From NCBI GenBank assembly GCA_965224195.1, contig OZ245040.1, positions 1,996,249-2,060,248 on the forward strand: a DNA stretch of 64,000 nt, given 5' to 3'. A model generated the notes under the pieces. The model was given only the letters and a program-made list of their open reading frames with translations. It was not told the DNA's origin and ran no database searches. Position 1 is the first letter of the stretch. Each line of letters begins with the position of its first letter. Source of the stretch: Nitrosopumilus sp. GTDB lineage: Archaea > Thermoproteota > Nitrososphaeria > Nitrososphaerales > Nitrosopumilaceae. Position numbers and translations under genes: made by a program. Below, piece after piece: positions 51,818 to 61,400 of the stretch.

Positions 51818-53176
51818 TTGTCATTTATTGAACATAAAGTTGGAAATACTCTTTGGCATGAAATTGCTCATAAGATGTATCCGGATAAAACATCTAGTTT
51901 TAGAGAGGCTATCTCAAATTCTCTTGATGAAGGTTCTTCAAAAATTATTGTGGAAATTCATCCAGATAAAATAACTATTGAAGATTTTGGTGATGGCATT
52001 GATGATATGGACAAGTTTATCATGGTAGGTCATGATGGTAAGTTGCAAAGAGAAAACAAACGTTCAACTATTGGTCAGAAAGGAATGGGGAAACTATCGT
52101 TATTAATACTTGGAGATGAAGTCACTTTTCTGTCAAATAATGGTAGAGTTGGTTATAAATTTCGAATGATAGAAGGGGGTCAATACAGAGAAACTCCTAG
52201 TAGTGTAGATCAATATTTACCTCATAAAGGTACCTTTATTGAAATTCCCAATCCCAAAAAGAGATGGGATGTAGAAAAAGTCAGAGTTTTTCTCAAAAAA
52301 GCATTCTCACTTCAAGTTGCTATGGGGAAAGAAATTATCATTAATAGTAAACCACTCAAAGCTCCAAAATCAATTCAAACAAAAGAGACATTTATCTTGG
52401 CGCTTAAAGGCAATCGTAAAGTTACAGGAAATCTACAAACAGTTGAGAAAAATTATGGTTCAGTCAATGTATATGTCCAACATGTTTTTATCACCAATTT
52501 AATGATTGATCCAGAACGTAAATTTACTGGGTGGGTTAATTGTGATAGTTTAATTCCAACTGCATCACGTTCTGATTTGTATGAAGATGACGATGGAATC
52601 AAAGAAGAATTTATCAAACAAATGATGAAGCATGTTCAGAGATTCCCAAAAGCAAATGAACAAAAACAATCATCACATATGCTAACAGAACAAGAAAATA
52701 TTATGGATAATGTTCTCAAAGAACTCAAACTAGAATTTAGAGGTGAAGTATTAGCTGCAATTGGCAATGTAAAAAAAATGGATGCACAATCAATTAATGT
52801 TGTTGATAGAACAGGAGACCAGAAAATTCAACAAGCAAAAAATCCTCAAGATAATACTAACAAATCGTCTAAAAGAGAGAGAAAAACAAAGTCTGGAGTA
52901 ATATGGAGAAATGCACAATTAGGAAATGAAAAGCCACCTTATTTGTTTAGTTGGCCTAACATAATCATTAGAAATACTACCAATGATATTTACAAATATT
53001 CTACAAAAACTAGTAGTTCTTTAGGTCCCGCAAAGGTGAGATACTTACAATTTTATGCTAGATTAATTGCTACCATGCATCCAGACAAAAAATATTGGAG
53101 TACAGCAGAATTCCTTGATAAAGCAGATAAATATTATAATGTATGTCTAAAATCAGTAGGATATATAGACAATTAG
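51818..53176 (+). CDS. GHKL-superfamily ATPase (MORC/Hsp90-like)
   Basis: REAISNSLD, EDFGDG, GQKGMGK, KGT boxes followed by an S5-like region; start uncertain (frame open from 51728). Confidence 0.88.
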   Translation: MSFIEHKVGNTLWHEIAHKMYPDKTSSFREAISNSLDEGSSKIIVEIHPDKITIEDFGDGIDDMDKFIMVGHDGKLQRENKRSTIGQKGMGKLSLLILGDEVTFLSNNGRVGYKFRMIEGGQYRETPSSVDQYLPHKGTFIEIPNPKKRWDVEKVRVFLKKAFSLQVAMGKEIIINSKPLKAPKSIQTKETFILALKGNRKVTGNLQTVEKNYGSVNVYVQHVFITNLMIDPERKFTGWVNCDSLIPTASRSDLYEDDDGIKEEFIKQMMKHVQRFPKANEQKQSSHMLTEQENIMDNVLKELKLEFRGEVLAAIGNVKKMDAQSINVVDRTGDQKIQQAKNPQDNTNKSSKRERKTKSGVIWRNAQLGNEKPPYLFSWPNIIIRNTTNDIYKYSTKTSSSLGPAKVRYLQFYARLIATMHPDKKYWSTAEFLDKADKYYNVCLKSVGYIDN

Positions 53177-53188
53177 AGAGAAGCTACT

Positions 53189-53590
53189 TTGATGGAAAAT
53201 CCAAAGCAAATATGTTATGTTTGTGATCAAGAAGGTGAAGAAGAACATATTACAGAAAATGATGGCAAAGTGCATGTGTTTTTTATCCATAAAAAAGAAA
53301 GTGGTGCAGGAAGACCTAAGAGATGTGATGGCGGTTATGAAGAAACAGAGGCAGAATTTATGCATGCATTAGAGGAAGGTGATGAATCTGATCAAAAACT
53401 AAAATTAATTGATAATTCAAAAAGAGTTGCAAAAGGCTATTCGCGTATTGCTTTAGAGGCCACTACAGAAGTATTTGTTAAAATGTATATGCATACTTGT
53501 CAAAGATGCAATCACAATTGGATTACCAAAGAACAATTACCTACAGCATGTAATAAATGTACATCACGTACATGGAATATGGCAAAATAA
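53189..53590 (+). CDS. Double zinc-ribbon protein
   Basis: N-terminal CYVC..H..C; C-terminal CQRCNHNW..PTACNKCTSRTW. Confidence 0.8.
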   Translation: MMENPKQICYVCDQEGEEEHITENDGKVHVFFIHKKESGAGRPKRCDGGYEETEAEFMHALEEGDESDQKLKLIDNSKRVAKGYSRIALEATTEVFVKMYMHTCQRCNHNWITKEQLPTACNKCTSRTWNMAK

Positions 53591-53768
53591 TTAATTTCCA
53601 ATAATATTTGAAATTAATTATAATTTATTATTTTACTAAAAAAATACATACACACAGACGCTTTTCAACGATTTAAACAAATTAACTATTTTTGTGATGT
53701 ATTAATGACATAAAATTTGCAGGAAATTTTTCTTAATCTAATCCGCCTTTCTACTGCTTTCTAGAAAC

Positions 53769-54016
53769 ATGTTGGCAAAAATGACAAGTCCACATTCCCC
53801 AATACATTATGAAAGCATACCTTTCAAAAGATAGGAGGAGGCAACAGTATGCAGGTAATGTCGTCACTTCACACCATGAAAGAAATAGGATTAGCATCTT
53901 CTGTTATGGTAAAAAGAGATCCCGGTTCTTTCAGAGAATAGGCTGTAACTTCAGAAGGCAGGGCACCAGTTGACAAACACATATCAAAAGAGCTTGAGAA
54001 ATGCTTCAAGCTTTAA
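53769..54016 (+). pseudogene. Winged-HTH regulator remnant
   Basis: ..SSLHTMKEIGL..RE*AVTSEGR wing motif, with a frameshift and a TAG. Confidence 0.5.
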
Positions 54017-54578
54017 TTTATTTCAAATTTTTATTCTCACTTGTGTTTTGAATATTTCGATTCTAGTCGCTAATTTTTCAGGATTTCTGATTTAGGGTTG
54101 GCACTCTAGAATCTCAATTTTTTTCTCCATAATTTCAAAAATTGACTTTACAGATGAGAGGCATTCTTTAAAATTAAAATTACAAGTTGACGTGATGCCA
54201 TCAGTTACTCTTGATATTTTCAGTCATTTCTTTCTGAAGATCAATTGGTGAAATCAGCTGTTTGCCTAAAACTCCAAGATATTGAAATTTTTCAGATTTT
54301 ATTCTTGAAGCATAATCCTGATCTTGTTCATTTTAAATTTTATTTGCCCATTTGTTAAAGTATTTACAGACTGTTGTGATGTCATGATTTGTCATTTCCA
54401 TAACAGTGTATGCAGATGCAAAAAAGAAACCTGATAAGGGATTTTCATATATTTTGTTATTCCAATGGGTGTTATTGTGAAGATCCTCAGCTTTTTCCAT
54501 TTGAATAATTTGAGAAATTGATTAAAAATTTGTAGTTATTCCCAAGTCTCAACTATCTAAACAAAATATTGATGGAAA

Positions 54579-54824
54579 CTAAGAACGAGATTTGTATAAA
54601 TCTACAAATTCATTATACGAAATTCCAAACAATGGAATTATTTTCTGAGCCAATTCTTTGAATATGGAATTAGATTTTTTTATTGGAATGATAACGGATC
54701 CTGCCCGTTGATAATAAACATAGGCATTTCTATATTTTGAAAATGATTTGTAACCTAGTATTGTAGTAACTACGTAATGGATTTGATTCCAATGATGCGT
54801 TTTTCTTGATTTGGTACGTTCCAT
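54579..54824 (-). CDS. HicA-like protein
   Basis: Helix-LGY-strands-IIP-helix-FGISYNEF pattern; downstream of hicB-like gene. Confidence 0.65.
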   Translation of the reverse strand: MERTKSRKTHHWNQIHYVVTTILGYKSFSKYRNAYVYYQRAGSVIIPIKKSNSIFKELAQKIIPLFGISYNEFVDLYKSRS

Positions 54825-55017
54825 GTCCTACATTCTTTTTGATGGCTTTGTATGCCTGGGGACATGTTTTAAAGTAACCATCTAAAACAATATCCATTTC
54901 TTTTTTCAATTCTTCTTTGGTTTTTGCTTCTGTAAATATTTGTGGAAACTGAACACATTGTCCAATATATCCACTGGAAGTTTTTTCAATATTGTATCCA
55001 ACAGTAGGGGTATTCAT
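54730..55017 (-). CDS. HicB-like antitoxin
   Basis: GYIGQCVQFPQIFTEAKTKEEL matches the HicB N-terminal pattern. Confidence 0.8.
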   Translation of the reverse strand: MNTPTVGYNIEKTSSGYIGQCVQFPQIFTEAKTKEELKKEMDIVLDGYFKTCPQAYKAIKKNVGHGTYQIKKNASLESNPLRSYYNTRLQIIFKI

Positions 55018-55046
55018 ACTATATTTTATAAAATATTAGTTATAAA

Positions 55047-56115
55047 AGATGAGTTGTGCAATTAGTCCAATTTGAGCATAATCTCAACATTTTCTAATCA
55101 TAAGATCCAAAGCTAAGACTGAATTATTTTCAATTCATGTTTAATTACGCAAAACTGGCAAAAAAACCAAAACAATTCCTGTCAATAGCAGGACTAACTG
55201 TTCCACAGTTTGATTCCCTATACAAAGAAATAAAGAAAAATTGCAAAACTGCAGAACAAAAGGGATTATCCAAAAATAGAGAAAGAGACATTGGTGCAGG
55301 ACACAAGTTTGACTTGTCCTTCAAAGGCAGAATTCTAATGTTTTTCATGTACTACAGAATGTACACAACATATGACATGCCAGGGATGACATTTGATTTG
55401 GACAAACCAAACGTAATGAGAAACATCAGATGTTTGGAGCCTGCAGTGAAGCAGTCCATTACAATTGCTGCCAAAAAATATGCAGATTCAAAAGAGATTA
55501 ACGGCATGCAGGAATTGCAGGAATTCTTTCCGGAATTAGTTGCAATCACTGATGGCACAGAACAGCCCATCCCAAGACCAAAAAACAAAAAGAAAAGAAG
55601 GACACGCCATTCAGGCAAAAAGAAAAAGCATGCAGTACAAAATCAAATCGCCATAAATCCTGATGGGATAACAATCCACAAATCTGCACATTCGCCTGGC
55701 AGCCATCATGATTGCAGAATTTACAAATCAAAGCATCCAACATTATCTGAAGGGTTGCTGCAGTCTTATGATCCTGGATGTTTGGGGATGGAAAAAGATT
55801 TTCCAGAACAGGCAAGTGTTTTGCCATGCAAGAAAAAGAAAGGAAAAAAATTGACTGTTACTCAAAAGGAGTGGAACAGGATGCAGTCAAAAATTAGAAT
55901 AAAAGTTGAACATGTCATTGCACAAGTCAAGCAATTTCGGATAAATCGCGATGTGTTTAGAAACAAATTATGCAGATATGATGTGATAAGTGAAATTGTT
56001 TGTGGGACTGTCAGTTTCAAGATTAAATGAAAAGAAGAATTCATTGCAATTCCATAAAATTAAGAATTAAATGACAGAAAAGTTAGATTTTTGCTTGTAA
56101 TTACGCAACTCATCT
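55047..56115 (+). mobile_element. IS5-family (ISL2/IS702-like) element
   Basis: 18-bp imperfect TIR AGATGAGTTG(T/C)G(C/T)AATTA at both ends; TSD not resolved. Confidence 0.85.
55137..56030 (+). CDS. DDE transposase (probably degenerate)
   Basis: TDGTEQPIPRP, HSGKKKKH, GSHHD, RIKVEHVI; the usual D(L/K)GY appears as DPGC. Confidence 0.88.
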   Translation: MFNYAKLAKKPKQFLSIAGLTVPQFDSLYKEIKKNCKTAEQKGLSKNRERDIGAGHKFDLSFKGRILMFFMYYRMYTTYDMPGMTFDLDKPNVMRNIRCLEPAVKQSITIAAKKYADSKEINGMQELQEFFPELVAITDGTEQPIPRPKNKKKRRTRHSGKKKKHAVQNQIAINPDGITIHKSAHSPGSHHDCRIYKSKHPTLSEGLLQSYDPGCLGMEKDFPEQASVLPCKKKKGKKLTVTQKEWNRMQSKIRIKVEHVIAQVKQFRINRDVFRNKLCRYDVISEIVCGTVSFKIK

Positions 56116-56482
56116 AATGTTCTTTCACTGATTCAAGCTGCTGCCTTTTGCAGTGTGGTAAAATGCGGAATTGTTTTGAGCTGCAATTGTAATTCAGTTT
56201 GTGTTTGGTAGTGCGAATTCAAATATGTGGTAAAATACGGAATTGTTTTGAGCTGCAATTGTAGAACAGTCTCAGTTGCAGCATCCAGCCATTCAACAAA
56301 ACTCTCATAATTTTTTGACTCGTACTGTCGGGGACTAGCAGTATGATGTGTTGATGTATTGAAAATGTATGCTTTGATTTTGAATGCAAAACAACGAGAC
56401 ATTCATTTTCTTTAGAATCTGGTGCATGAGGGAGATCATCATGCGTTGGTATTTGTTTTTCATGAAATGGAATGATTCCCAA
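56116..56482 (-). pseudogene. Possible transposase remnant carrying repeat unit 2
   Basis: APDSKEN resembles AYDSxxN; after removing spacer plus one repeat the frame ends HCKRQQLESV, like YxxRxxxES. Confidence 0.4.
56154..56263. repeat. Repeat-spacer-repeat unit 2 (38/34/38 bp)
   Basis: TGTGGTAAAAT(G/A)CGGAATTGTTTTGAGCTGCAATTGTA at 56154-56191 and 56226-56263. Confidence 0.92.
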
Positions 56483-56981
56483 TAATTGATGGATCTGAGC
56501 GGTTAGTTTGATTAATAATCAGGTAAAATATTAATGATTTCTAGGAAGCCACTGTGGGGTTCTGTCACCTAGTGTGATCGGTCATAAAATCTTCATGTTA
56601 ACTGTCGTGAGTTTTGAGATATTTTAAAAAAATTCACTGCAACAGTGGTGATTAAACCAAAATCACTAGACATATCTATACAAAATCCATTTTAGTTCAA
56701 TAGACGTATATTATCTAAGTGCATATGTATTTTCTGCCATATCTGAAGGTCAGCCAGAATTTGATGTGAGAAACATCTTTGGGGTATTAGTACAACTGAC
56801 CCATCTGGCAGTCCAGATAGAAACTACTACAAAATGTTTAATGCTTGGGAAAACATCACAGCATCTCTAAATCTTCAATAGCTCTTCTTTTTTTTATTTC
56901 AAAAATAATTATCTGTATGGATAATGGAATATTGGATTTGATTCAGAATAAAATGTTGAACTTATCCAATACCCTCTAATG

Positions 56982-57089
56982 CGTTGCAACTGATACCAGA
57001 TCGGCAGATCCCAGACAGGAACTTCCGCTAGTAGATCCGTTGCCACAATCTACGTTGCAACTGATACCAGATCGGCAGATCCCAGACAG
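56982..57089. repeat. Repeat-spacer-repeat unit 3 (37/34/37 bp), CRISPR-like
   Basis: CGTTGCAACTGATACCAGATCGGCAGATCCCAGACAG identical at 56982-57018 and 57053-57089. Confidence 0.93.
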
Positions 57090-57343
57090 TCATCACATCT
57101 CTTCTCGTATCGGATTTGTTCTGTGGGCCCATTTCTGGGCTAGGCAAGGAGCCTCAGCACAGCACAACGAACCGGATTGTATTTCCTGCATGGTCTGGTT
57201 TCCGGTGATCTACTACTCTTTCCAAACGAAATGCATGCAGCGGCGTCTCTGTTTTTCATGCGTTCTCAAACGGACATACTGTCGCATCATTGCTTGTCTG
57301 CACAGACTGCCGCAACCACCATAATTTGTCCAAATGATCAGCT

Positions 57344-57505
57344 TTAAGACGGGTTGCCGACAGACTTTCTCAAACACTCGTTGATTACGCTGGAATAGCT
57401 AACAGATTTGTTTCTGGTTTGAATCTGTTTTGCCTGAAGCATTCTTAATTTTTTGTCCAGCGAATCATCCATCATAATTGTGACTCTTTTGCCATGATTT
57501 CGCAT
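57344..57505 (-). CDS. Small ribbon-helix-helix protein
   Basis: KRVTIMMDDSLDKKLR...SYSSVINECLRK. Confidence 0.75.
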   Translation of the reverse strand: MRNHGKRVTIMMDDSLDKKLRMLQAKQIQTRNKSVSYSSVINECLRKSVGNPS

Positions 57506-57539
57506 CTTATTACCATAATTTATCAGTATTCGGTACGAG

Positions 57540-58466
57540 TCATGCAGAATTGTTTTGCCTGTACTTTCTAGATGTGGCAGCAGCAACTGCAACAACAACA
57601 ATGCCCACAGGCAGCACCCCATACATCAGTAAGTTAAGCACGATGACAAACGAGCCGTGCAGTACGACTGAGAGTTCGCTGGCAGGATCTGCCAGACCCA
57701 TCACATTTAACGAGTACATCATTGGGGTAATGTATATCTTGACTGCCTCTCTGAACATGGGATTCTCCCGCTGATAGTCTGAGACTAGTGGCGAGAATGC
57801 ATAATAAAGCGAGTTAAATGACTCCATAAAGATGCCTGCTGACTGTGTGTGAGAGAGCTGGTTGTCCCTTATTTCACGCAGCATCTGGACTTGGGGTGCC
57901 AGTTCTGTTCCGTAGGCAGCTGTGGCAATGAGGCATCCGCCTCCATTGCTACTGCCACCACCATTGCTGTTCTCATCAGTACTCACAGCGGATTCTGCCA
58001 CACATTTACCGTCATGCAAAATTGTACCCAGACCGCACGTCATCTCTTTTGCAGACTCTGGAACATATCCATCAGGCACATCACCACTACTATCATCACT
58101 TTGTTTGACAGTTACAGTACCGCTCATCCACGGCTGCAGCGATGAGAAAAACTCAACAGAGCCGGATTTCACAAAGGTGTAAGAGAATGACCCGTTAGGT
58201 AAAATCACACCTGAATCAAACAGATCACCTGCATCATCATCGAGAATCCTGCCAGATACAACGCCGACAGGATATGACTGTTCATTGTGCCATGTTACGG
58301 TGTCATGCTGGCTTATCTGCATCAGATGGGCAGACCAGCATGTGGCATCCTCCTCACACCCAGGAAAATTATCACTGGCAGCAACAAACACGTCATATGA
58401 TTCAGCATACACCATTCCGACTGGAACAAGCAAAATCAATAAAAGGATGCAGAAAAAATCATACAT
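57540..58466 (-). CDS. Secreted cupredoxin-fold protein with CFI-box-CTERM domain
   Basis: Signal peptide, DTVTW.N, FDSG, PWMSGTVTV; GGGCLIATAAYGTELAPQVQMLREIRD; C-terminal TM. Confidence 0.9.
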   Translation of the reverse strand: MYDFFCILLLILLVPVGMVYAESYDVFVAASDNFPGCEEDATCWSAHLMQISQHDTVTWHNEQSYPVGVVSGRILDDDAGDLFDSGVILPNGSFSYTFVKSGSVEFFSSLQPWMSGTVTVKQSDDSSGDVPDGYVPESAKEMTCGLGTILHDGKCVAESAVSTDENSNGGGSSNGGGCLIATAAYGTELAPQVQMLREIRDNQLSHTQSAGIFMESFNSLYYAFSPLVSDYQRENPMFREAVKIYITPMMYSLNVMGLADPASELSVVLHGSFVIVLNLLMYGVLPVGIVVVAVAAATSRKYRQNNSA

Positions 58467-58490
58467 TGTTAAACCACATCACCAAGTCCA

Positions 58491-61400
58491 TTATTTTAAG
58501 ATGCCCACCATGTAAGACAAGACTGTCTTTAGCTGCTCTACTGAAATCTGATTTTTATATACCATCTCTCCAAAGTATTTCTTTATCCATTTTGGCAATG
58601 ATACGTCAGGTGGCAGGTTATTTGTAATGCCAAGTGACTTTATCAGCTCAGCATCAGTTGCAGAGAATTCAGAGTATCCTGCCCATCTCTTTATCATCTC
58701 ATTTTGCTTTTTGATGGCATCAGTGCTCTGGGTGTTTGATGATGGTGGCAGTTTAATCACCTCATCATCTTGGGCGATGGCTGTCTTTGATGCATCAAGG
58801 CATGTTCCATCATGATTCATTACCTGCTCAGACAGACATGCAAAGGTTCCAGGTTCAGGGTCCATACATAAGCCATTATCCAGCAACAATTTGCCTGCAT
58901 CACATGATGATGTGATATAGTGTCAGATGATGAAGAGGAACTACCGCCTGATGATGAAGAGGAACTACCGCCTGATGATGAAGAGGAACTACCGCCTGAT
59001 GATGATGCAATGTCAGATGATGATGCGGTGTCAGATGAAGAACCTTGCGCATCATTCTGTGCTGTTACAGTCAGAGCATTATGAATGGTAAATGTCAGGG
59101 CATTTCGCCTGTCATCCCATGCATATATTTGAATGTCAGAGGTATCCATTGCTTTGCCAAAGGTTACAGAATAGTCCCATGTTGCAACGCGTACATCAAC
59201 TTTGGTAATACTGACAGACGCATTCTCAATTAGTCCGTTTGGATCAATTATTTTCAGGGAGTTGCTGTTATTATCATTGTTGCCATCATTGTATTTTTTG
59301 TCCCAGACTAGTTTTGTGTCACTGTCACATATTTGGTTGTTTGATATTTGCTTGTTCAAACACAGCTCAACATGAGAGATGCTCTCCCATGACATGTTAT
59401 CGTGCATTGTCAATGATATCGGGATTGATTGGCCTGTCTGTACTAGTACGGGGTTGTCTAGTGTATAATCTAATCGGGATGGCTCTGGAGATATTCCCAC
59501 TGTTCCGATGAATATGGTGTCAGTTCCCCCATCAAAGGAGGTGGGGAATGAAGGCGGAGTGGACTCGGTACTGCTGCCTCCTCCAGAACTACGACCAGTT
59601 CCTGGAATGGTAATGGCATTGTCTGCTACTGGAACTATTTGATTACCTGAAACATCAGATACTGCTCCTTTCAGGATGTCCAGTTGTGGGGTAGTCAGTG
59701 CAATGACTGATTCCCTTTGGGGTGCAGTCAGCTCAATTGATATTGAAGCATTGTTGCCGACAGTTTCAATGCTGGCACCAGTCAGTGAAATATCATTGGC
59801 ACTTGCTGACTCACTGATGAACAGTTTGGATAGGTCAACTGGAGTGGTTAATGTGTACTCGTGGATACTGTTACTGCTGGTACCTACAACAAACATCTTT
59901 GTTCCAGTAGGGTTGAATGCTACACCTGTTGGAAATGATTCCTCGTCAGATACTGAGAAATTGCGTTTATAGTCGGAGGAGGATACGTCAAAGGGAGAAG
60001 ATAATTCGTACTCGTAGATCTTCTCACTTTGAGAATCTACAACAAACATCTTTGTTCCAGTAGGGTTGAATGTTACATCTTTTGGATGCGTGTCCTGTGA
60101 ACCTACTGAGAAATGGTGTGTATAGGAGGAGGAGGATATGTCAAAGGGAGAAGATAATTCGTACTCGTAGACATTCGTACTTTGATAACCTAAAACAAAC
60201 ATCTTTGTTCCAGTAGGGTTGAATGCTACACCTGTTGGATCCGTGTCCTGTGAAGATATTGAGAAATTGTGTGTATAGGAGGCAGTGGATAAGTTAAAGG
60301 GAGTAGTTAATGTATACTCGTAGATCTTTTCATTTTGATAACCTGCAACAAACATCTTTGTTCCAGTAGGGTTGAATGTTACATCTTTTGGATGCGTGTC
60401 CTGTGAACCTACTGAGAAATTGCGTGTATAGGAGGCAATAGATACGTCAAAGGGAGAAGATAATGTGTACTCGTAGATCTTTTCACTTTGAAAATCTACA
60501 ACAAACATCTTTGTTCCAGTAGGATTGAATGTTACGCTTTCTGGTTCCGGGTCCTTGTTAGATACTGAGAAAGAGTTGTCTGTATAGGCGGCAGTGGATA
60601 CGTCAAAGCCCTCGTTTGCTATTATCTCATCAAAAGTTATTGCCAGAACTCCGGTTCCCTCATCTAGTGTTGCTGACTCTAATGTTGGCGGGGTATTATC
60701 AGCAGATGGTGATGGCGGTGTGCCTGCACCATCATTTACTACTGCAAGCATATTAAAGGAGGCAGATACCGGAGATGATTCCACAGTATATTTTGATCCA
60801 ACGGCAGCATATGCAACTACATGTACATTGTATGACTCACCCGGTGTCAGGCCTGTTACCATATATGAGGTGTCATCTACAGTGTCGCCGAGTTCAGAAC
60901 CGTCAGAACTAATGACAGTCACTTGATAAGCCACATCATCAATGGTATAATACTCATTGGCATCCACTGTAGGTGCAGTCCAAGTGATTTCAGCGGCTGT
61001 GCCGTTTATGACATTGACTAAAAGGTTAGTTGGCGCATCAGGTGACGGAGGTGTCGGCATATCAAAGGATACAGCTGCGGTAGGTTGGGAGGATATAGCG
61101 GTTAAATCTGACAACAAGGCTTTTGCCTCTACGGTTACCTGATAAGATTTGTCAAGTATCAGGCCTGTTGCCGTATGTGTGGTAGTGGTGCCGTCAGATA
61201 TGGTATACAGTACGGTGGTGCTAGCAGCAACATCAGTGACATTCACGAGATAGGATACGGAATTAATATCATAAAATGAATTGGCAGGTATTGTAGGTGC
61301 AGTCCAAGTGATTTCAGCGGCTGTGCCGTTTATGACATTGACTGAAAGGTTAGTTGGCGCATCAAGTGATGGCGGCGGCACTACACTGTTAGTTACTGCA

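Noticed and set aside
57040-57324. Plus-strand 94-aa ORF
   Set aside because: Starts inside the spacer of unit 3; the opposite strand looks like a degraded transposase fragment, too weak to call.
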